A stretch of DNA of 64,000 bases from a virus: IMG/VR virus record IMGVR_UViG_3300012931_000018, positions 1 through 64,000 of that record. One strand, 5' to 3'. The position numbers and the translations under genes are program-made. Below the pieces are notes generated by a model. That model saw nothing but the letters and a program-made list of their open reading frames with translations. It was not told where the DNA came from and did not search any database. This document shows positions 57,661 to 64,000 of the stretch, one piece after another; position 1 is the first letter of the stretch, and every line of letters begins with the position of its first letter.

Positions 57661-60600
57661 TGATAAAAATTTCATAGAAGAATTGTGGATAAAACTTCGA
57701 GCGGATATATTAGAGTTTCATAATGGAATGATTAAAGCATCTGCTGATCTAAAAGCATTTACTGCAAAAGTTGGAGCATCACATGCTGAAATGCAAAAAT
57801 TTGGTAAAGGTGTTGGAGTTGTATCTACTGCATTAGCAGTTATGGGTGGATATGCTGCAAAAACATTTGCTGATTTTGAACAAGCAATGGCTAATACATT
57901 TTCAGTTCTCGGTGCAACTAAATCGGAAATGGAAAAGATGACGACGGTTGCCAGAGAATTTGGAACAACTTCTGTTTTTCAAGCTAAAGAAGTTGGAAAT
58001 GCTATGTATTTTTTAGCAAGTGCTGGTTATAATGCTAAGCAAACTGTTGATGCTTTGAAAGGAACATTAATGTTGGCAGCATCTACTCAAGCAGATTTAT
58101 CTGATGCTACAAAGATTGTTGTTAATACATTAAATGCTTTTGGTATGCAAGCAAATGAAGCAGAAAGAGTTTCTAACGCTTTTGCTGCTTCTATTGCTTA
58201 TTCACAAGCAGAAATAGATAAGATTGGTGAATCTATGAAATTTGTTGCACCAATTGCTTCACAATTAGGAATAAGTCTTGAGCAAACAACGGCAGCACTT
58301 GGTGAATTATATGATGCTGGTTTAGATGCAAGTCAAACTGGAACAAATTTAAGACAAGCATTTCTTAAATTATTGAATCCAACTAAAGAAGCTAAAGAAG
58401 CATTATCGAAATTAGGTTTGAAAGTTAGTGATGTAAGTCCACAAGCAAAAGATTTAGTTGGAATAATTCAATCATTTGAAAAAGTTGGTGCTGGAGCTAA
58501 AGATAAACTTGATGAACTTGCAGCAATATTTGATGCCAGAGCAGTAACAGCTATGGCTGTTCTTATTAATAAAGGTTCTGAAGCATTATTGGATATGGAA
58601 AAAAGAATTACCGGAACATCTAAAGCATCTGAAATGGCAAATATACAAATGAATACATTAACTGGATCAACAAAATTATTTATGGGCAATCTTAATAATC
58701 TATTAATAACAATAGGTGAGGTATTAGCTCCAACAATTAGAAAGATAGCCGATGTATTTATAAATTTGATAAAATATTTTCAAAGTCTCAATCCAGCATT
58801 CAAAACTTTATTAATAACAATACCGGCATTGGCAACTGTATTTGGTTTATTAATATCTCCAATAGCTTTATTGATAGGATATTTACCAAAAATAATTGCT
58901 GGTATTGGTGTATTAAAAGTAGTTATGACTGGTGCTGGTGGAGCGGTACTTGGTTGGGTTTCGGTTATTGGTTTATTAATTGCTGCTGTTGGATATCTTG
59001 TATCAGCAAATGAAACAACATCACGGAGTACTGATGAATTAATAGGTAAAATGAATGAATATACTACATCAGCAATACAACAAAAGGAAACTCAAAAACA
59101 GTTACTTGATAGTTATTTAAACTTAGCATCTAAAACTAAAAAAAATAGCGAGGAAACTGAAAAGCAGAAATTAATATTTGAAAAAATAAAAAGATTATAT
59201 CCTGATTTAATATCTGCAACGGATGATTATAGGTCAGCACAAAGTAAATTAAAAACTGTTTCTGAAAATGTAAATGCTGAATTAGCTAATTTATATGCTC
59301 AGCAAAAAAGATTAAGAGAACTTGAACTAACAATTAATACTTCTAAGTTACAACAGCAAATGAAAGAATTAAAAACAGATATGGAAGATACTTCATTGGG
59401 ACTGTGGCAATCTTTAAAATCTGGTTTTAAAGATATTTCAGGAACTAATTTATTTGGCAATGCTTTTAATACAAATTTAGAAATAACAAAAGAAAAATTT
59501 GATAAATTAGCAGCAAGTACAGAAGGATTAAAAAAATTAGAAAGTGGTTTAGAACTATTATCACAAGGTTCACGTGCATTATCAATAGATTTAGCTGAAG
59601 TTGAAACAAAGATACAAAATATAGGTAATAGAAGTGATTTAACTAAAATTGGTAAAAAGGCAGAAACTGATATACTTGAAAAACAAAAAACATTATTAGA
59701 ATCAAGATTAGACACAACTGATAAATTTGTTGATGCATATATTTCCGCTATTGAAAAAGGAAAGCAATTATTATCAATTGATACAAATATAAAAGAAAAT
59801 CAAATCGAATTAAATAATTTAAAAATGGGTCTTAAAACTGAAACACCTGTTACTGCTGAAACTGTTGATATAAATGCATTGAATGAAGTGGAAAAGGAAA
59901 CTCAGAAAAAATTAAATGAGCAATTATTTGAAATTGTAAAAAATAGATTAGAATCTGAATTGGCAATTTTGAAATTAAATAAAGATAAGAAATTATCCAT
60001 TGCTTTAGAATATGCTGATAAAGAATCTAAACTTGAAAAAGCTCAAAATGATAAAGATAAAGCTGATGCTTTAATTGATGCTAAGGAAACCGGTGCTAAT
60101 GTTATTGAAATAAAAAAATCTTTTGATGCTAAAGAAAAAAGTCGTGTAGAAGTATTAGCATTCAATATTAATGAAATAAGACAACAATTTAGAGATAAAG
60201 ATGTAAAAGAAGAGTGGAATAAATTGAGTGTTCAAAATGTAATTAATGAAGATGAACTTAATAATTATAAAAAACATCTTCAAGATAAATTATCATTTTT
60301 AGAATCTATGGATGAAAAATGGACTGATGAATATACACAAACGGTAAATGAAATTAAAAAAATAAATGAAATGATTGCAGCACCACAAGAACAAAAACTA
60401 AAATTTAATGTTGACATGAGTCAATACTCTATTGACGAAGATCAAAAAGAACTTGCTTTAGAAAATTATAAAGCATATTTAGATGAGAAATTAATATATG
60501 AAGAAGAATTTAGTGAACAATGGTATGAGATTGCATCTGAAAGAGCAAGAATTGAAAAAGAATTAATTGATATGCAAATGAGTGATATGCAAATATATTT

Positions 60601-61150
60601 TGATAGTTTTGCTGAAGTAATAAATGCTGGTATAGGTCAAATGTCAGAAGAATGGTTGGTTGTTTCAAGGAAAGCTAAAAGTCAATTAGATGCTATTTGG
60701 TTGGCAGTTGAAAATGCAGCAATTAGAGCTATGACAAATATTATACAATCTCAAATTACAGAAATGTTTACTAAATTATTATTTAAGATAGCTTCATTTT
60801 TAGGTAGTGGTGGAACAAGTAGTTTTAGTGAAGCAGTAATGGGGAATTTTGATTTATCTACTGTTAGTAGTATTGCAGATACTGGTGGAATAGTTAAAAG
60901 AGGTGGATGGATAAATGTAAAACCACAAGAGGTTGTTGTATCCGGTGAAGTTGTAAGAGGAACTAAAGATAAGTATCAATCAGCATTAGGTGCTGATTCT
61001 AAATCAATGAATCAAACAGTTGAAAATAATAATACATTTTTGCTTGTTAATCCTATGGTTGATGATCAAAAATATTGGGAATCTGTTATGGAAAATCAAC
61101 TTAATCCAATACAAGAAAAACTTGATAAAAGATTTGGACGGAAAACATAA
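57653..61150 (+). CDS. tail tape measure protein (TP901 family)
   Basis: FADFEQAM...LASAG...ESMKFVAP...GISLEQT...GTNLR; long coiled coil. Confidence 0.93.
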   Translation: MVDDKNFIEELWIKLRADILEFHNGMIKASADLKAFTAKVGASHAEMQKFGKGVGVVSTALAVMGGYAAKTFADFEQAMANTFSVLGATKSEMEKMTTVAREFGTTSVFQAKEVGNAMYFLASAGYNAKQTVDALKGTLMLAASTQADLSDATKIVVNTLNAFGMQANEAERVSNAFAASIAYSQAEIDKIGESMKFVAPIASQLGISLEQTTAALGELYDAGLDASQTGTNLRQAFLKLLNPTKEAKEALSKLGLKVSDVSPQAKDLVGIIQSFEKVGAGAKDKLDELAAIFDARAVTAMAVLINKGSEALLDMEKRITGTSKASEMANIQMNTLTGSTKLFMGNLNNLLITIGEVLAPTIRKIADVFINLIKYFQSLNPAFKTLLITIPALATVFGLLISPIALLIGYLPKIIAGIGVLKVVMTGAGGAVLGWVSVIGLLIAAVGYLVSANETTSRSTDELIGKMNEYTTSAIQQKETQKQLLDSYLNLASKTKKNSEETEKQKLIFEKIKRLYPDLISATDDYRSAQSKLKTVSENVNAELANLYAQQKRLRELELTINTSKLQQQMKELKTDMEDTSLGLWQSLKSGFKDISGTNLFGNAFNTNLEITKEKFDKLAASTEGLKKLESGLELLSQGSRALSIDLAEVETKIQNIGNRSDLTKIGKKAETDILEKQKTLLESRLDTTDKFVDAYISAIEKGKQLLSIDTNIKENQIELNNLKMGLKTETPVTAETVDINALNEVEKETQKKLNEQLFEIVKNRLESELAILKLNKDKKLSIALEYADKESKLEKAQNDKDKADALIDAKETGANVIEIKKSFDAKEKSRVEVLAFNINEIRQQFRDKDVKEEWNKLSVQNVINEDELNNYKKHLQDKLSFLESMDEKWTDEYTQTVNEIKKINEMIAAPQEQKLKFNVDMSQYSIDEDQKELALENYKAYLDEKLIYEEEFSEQWYEIASERARIEKELIDMQMSDMQIYFDSFAEVINAGIGQMSEEWLVVSRKAKSQLDAIWLAVENAAIRAMTNIIQSQITEMFTKLLFKIASFLGSGGTSSFSEAVMGNFDLSTVSSIADTGGIVKRGGWINVKPQEVVVSGEVVRGTKDKYQSALGADSKSMNQTVENNNTFLLVNPMVDDQKYWESVMENQLNPIQEKLDKRFGRKT

Positions 61151-64000
61151 TGAAAACTGTATCAACTACATTATTAAATAATTTTAATAAAAGTGAAGTT
61201 AGGATTATCGATAAAGTTTATATTTATCAGCAATTTAATAATCCTATATTAACAGCATCTACTAATATTATAACATTAAATGGAGATGCTTCATTTTTAT
61301 TATCTGATGATTCAATAGTTTTTCCGTTAAAATCATTAACTGATGAATATATTATTGAGTCGGTAATATATGATGAAGAAACAGATATAACTGAAATAGT
61401 TATTACTGACATTACATTAGATAGTACATATATTGGCAATTATTTAGCTAAGGTTGTAAATATAACAGAGAAATTGACAAAAAAATCAGTTGATAGTGTT
61501 AAGCAAACTATTGAAGGAAAATATTTTAATGAATTTGATTCAGGAAGTATGACTGCTGTTGTTAGTAATGATGCTGGATATTTTAGAAATAAAAATAAAA
61601 CAGGTTTATTAGATGGTGATTATACTTTTTGGATAAAATATATTATGAAGTTTCAAGGGTATGATGATGAATTTATATATTTTGCAGGGATAATTGAAAT
61701 ATCTGATTGTGAACCGGATTTATATAATAAAACTGTTTCTATTATTGCTTATGGTCATAGTTATGAATTAGAAAGATATCCGGCTTTTTATTTAAGTGAT
61801 GACGAAAATACAATATTGCCTAAGATAAATGGAATAAAAATTATTGGTTATACTCCATCTGATGATTCTGAAGAAGGTATTAAAGAGATATCATTCAAAC
61901 CTTTTGGAACTTCTGATTTTGGTAATATCACTGTTGATTCAATTAATGCTAATGGAACTAAAACTATTAGAATTCTTGAATTCAAATATCCAAATTTATT
62001 TAAATGGGATAATGGCAGTTGGGTTGCAATAACTACATTACCAACTGATGGTATTCAAAAATTAACAGGTAAAGATGGTTCAAGTGCACAAGTTATTGTA
62101 GGTGATGGAGATGAACTATATGATTTTCCTTTGAAAGATACTGAAATGTGGGTGATTGATAATAATATTCCTAATTGGGTATTAGATAATATTTATAAAT
62201 CTGAAAGTGAGGATAATACACTTTCACAGGGCAAACCTACTATAACATTTGATAATGGTACTGAAGAAATGTTGAGAATATATTTTCAATATATATTAAG
62301 AAAAGTTTCCAGTACTTATACTGATATTACACAAGATATAAATGATCAAATAGAAAATGAAACAATTTTCAGTAGTGCTGCTGATGAATTGATAATAGTT
62401 TCCCCTAATAGATTTTGGGGAATAGATTTTAAATTTAATACCTTATTATCTACTGTTGCTGAATTTACTATTCATTATAGTATAGGTGGACAATTATGGA
62501 GTGCTGATTTTAGTTCATTAATAACTGATGAGACTTTAGGATTTACTAATCACGGTAAAATAAAATGGAATGAAGCTGGCAATTGGTCATCTAATAATAT
62601 AACTATTGACACCAGTACAAATTATTCTGGATATATGATTAAAATAGTAATTACAAGTATAACTGGAACATCAATCGCAAATTCTATAAAAAGAATATTA
62701 AGAGCACAAGGTGAAAATGGTGACTTCATAGATTTTGAAGCTGATATAAATCAAATGAATATTTCAGATACTACTGATGATGTAATTATTAAAAAAGATG
62801 ATAATGGTGATTGGAAATATGCTGTTTGGTATTATTCAGCAACACCAAATAAAATGCTTACAAAATTTAAAGAGATTGCTAAGTATGATGATGAAGATGT
62901 TATAAATGATAGTATGGAATATAATTTATCAGAACCTACTTTTAATATATACGGAAGACAACCAAGATATTCTTTGTATGAATATCCAACAGCATTTTAT
63001 ATAGATTTTATTAATGGATATATTTATATTGCAAATAAATTAGAAATTTATAGAAATAAAATGGATGGTACTGATTCATGGGTAAAATTATTTGATCTAA
63101 ATGGAACAGGTCTTCAAGATACAATAACACAATATATGCATATTTTTAGTATAGATATATATGGTGATAATGTTCATGTATTAGTTAGTAATGGTTTATT
63201 CAGAAATGGGATGACTATATATAAATTTACATATAATATAGTCACAAGTATTATAACTGATGATGGATATAATACGAAGCAATATAATGGAGAAGTAACA
63301 TCGAGATATGGTCAATCTATTTTAGAAGGCATAAATAAAAATAGATATATTGGGTGGTTTTCTACAAGAACTCCGGCTGGTGAAAATCTTTGTATTGCTT
63401 ATCCTCAATTAAATGAATGTGATGAATGGACAAGAACAGTGGCAATGTATCCAACGAGTGATGAGAAAACAAATACTGTTGGATATCCAGAATATTATTT
63501 TGATAATACAGCAGATCCACAAACTTTATTATTTAATTCTAAAATGGGTTTTTACGCTGTTCAAAATAATACATCACAAACTGGAGTATATCCTGATATT
63601 TATAATTTGACAATTAGATTTGGTCAAAAAGGAATAATTGCCAAAAGAACAATATCTGATGTTATATATAATTATATGTTTACTAAAACAGAATTTGCTG
63701 GTGAAGAAGTGTATTGGCAATTTTTATGTTTAGAAGATGTTTTAAAATTTATGAATTCTAATGTATTTACTTTTATAAGGCACATAGCTGGTCATATACC
63801 AATATCAATGGCAGGAAGTTTAGAAACAATTTCATATTGGTCGTGGACAGAATGGAAAGATTTTGATGGTGATGTAAAGTCATATTCTTATATAAGTAAA
63901 ATAGATGGTTTGATGGATTGGAAATATATAGCATCATTAGATAGCAGTCAAGTTCAAGTTGGGTTTAATATGGCTGATTCTATTAATGAAGGAACACAAG
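61150..64000 (+). CDS. large tail tip/baseplate structural protein, truncated at the window end
   Basis: TAATG coupling to TMP; frame (MKTVSTTLLNNF...) appears open to the edge; beta-rich. Confidence 0.75.
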   Translation, partial: MKTVSTTLLNNFNKSEVRIIDKVYIYQQFNNPILTASTNIITLNGDASFLLSDDSIVFPLKSLTDEYIIESVIYDEETDITEIVITDITLDSTYIGNYLAKVVNITEKLTKKSVDSVKQTIEGKYFNEFDSGSMTAVVSNDAGYFRNKNKTGLLDGDYTFWIKYIMKFQGYDDEFIYFAGIIEISDCEPDLYNKTVSIIAYGHSYELERYPAFYLSDDENTILPKINGIKIIGYTPSDDSEEGIKEISFKPFGTSDFGNITVDSINANGTKTIRILEFKYPNLFKWDNGSWVAITTLPTDGIQKLTGKDGSSAQVIVGDGDELYDFPLKDTEMWVIDNNIPNWVLDNIYKSESEDNTLSQGKPTITFDNGTEEMLRIYFQYILRKVSSTYTDITQDINDQIENETIFSSAADELIIVSPNRFWGIDFKFNTLLSTVAEFTIHYSIGGQLWSADFSSLITDETLGFTNHGKIKWNEAGNWSSNNITIDTSTNYSGYMIKIVITSITGTSIANSIKRILRAQGENGDFIDFEADINQMNISDTTDDVIIKKDDNGDWKYAVWYYSATPNKMLTKFKEIAKYDDEDVINDSMEYNLSEPTFNIYGRQPRYSLYEYPTAFYIDFINGYIYIANKLEIYRNKMDGTDSWVKLFDLNGTGLQDTITQYMHIFSIDIYGDNVHVLVSNGLFRNGMTIYKFTYNIVTSIITDDGYNTKQYNGEVTSRYGQSILEGINKNRYIGWFSTRTPAGENLCIAYPQLNECDEWTRTVAMYPTSDEKTNTVGYPEYYFDNTADPQTLLFNSKMGFYAVQNNTSQTGVYPDIYNLTIRFGQKGIIAKRTISDVIYNYMFTKTEFAGEEVYWQFLCLEDVLKFMNSNVFTFIRHIAGHIPISMAGSLETISYWSWTEWKDFDGDVKSYSYISKIDGLMDWKYIASLDSSQVQVGFNMADSINEGTQ

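Noticed and set aside
2990-63610. Remaining short minus-strand and nested alternate-frame ORFs in the track
   Set aside because: They lie within well-supported + strand genes, lack SDs or motifs, and are typical AT-rich shadow ORFs.
1-64000. Genome-wide TAG recoding (genetic code 15)
   Set aside because: Long genes are intact under code 11, and TAG acts as an ordinary stop at 8692, 50675 and 57331. Only one gene is interrupted.
1-64000. tRNA/rRNA genes, integrase or transposase
   Set aside because: No cloverleaf with T-loop consensus and no recombinase or transposase motifs recognised by eye; tRNAscan-SE/ARAGORN would be needed to exclude tRNAs formally.

Overview
This is a 64 kb, very AT-rich segment of a large tailed dsDNA phage, probably siphovirus-like (tape measure and tail tube present, no sheath seen). 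Every credible gene is on the + strand. 0-17 kb is a replication/recombination module: DnaE-type PolIII alpha with an HNH-containing intein, UvsY-like mediator, SSB, RecA, SbcD, SbcC, RuvC, a TerS-like protein and a 5'-3' exonuclease. 17-25.8 kb holds small early/accessory genes (HU, MazG-like, two paralog families). 25.8-26.7 kb is a non-coding, repeat-rich, origin/pac-like region. 26.7-35.3 kb has envelope, glycan and lysis genes (GT-C glycosyltransferase, fcl, gmd, u-spanin-like lipoprotein, endolysin, holin candidate). 35.4-64 kb is morphogenesis: TerL, portal, MuF with a C-terminal extension, ChaB-protease fusion, scaffold, MCP, three signal-peptide-bearing fibre-like proteins, a five-gene glycan-modification cluster, connectors, tail tube, frameshifting chaperone, TMP and a large truncated tail protein. 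The strongest novelty candidates are (i) a recurring ACACAGG(A/G) box at late-gene ribosome-binding sites together with an intergenic hairpin whose loop (UUUCCUGUGU) is its exact complement, and (ii) a phage-encoded fucose/glycan pathway alongside exported proteins showing FCB-group (Bacteroidota/Ignavibacteriota-like) signatures. All calls come from reading motifs by eye; no database searches were run.
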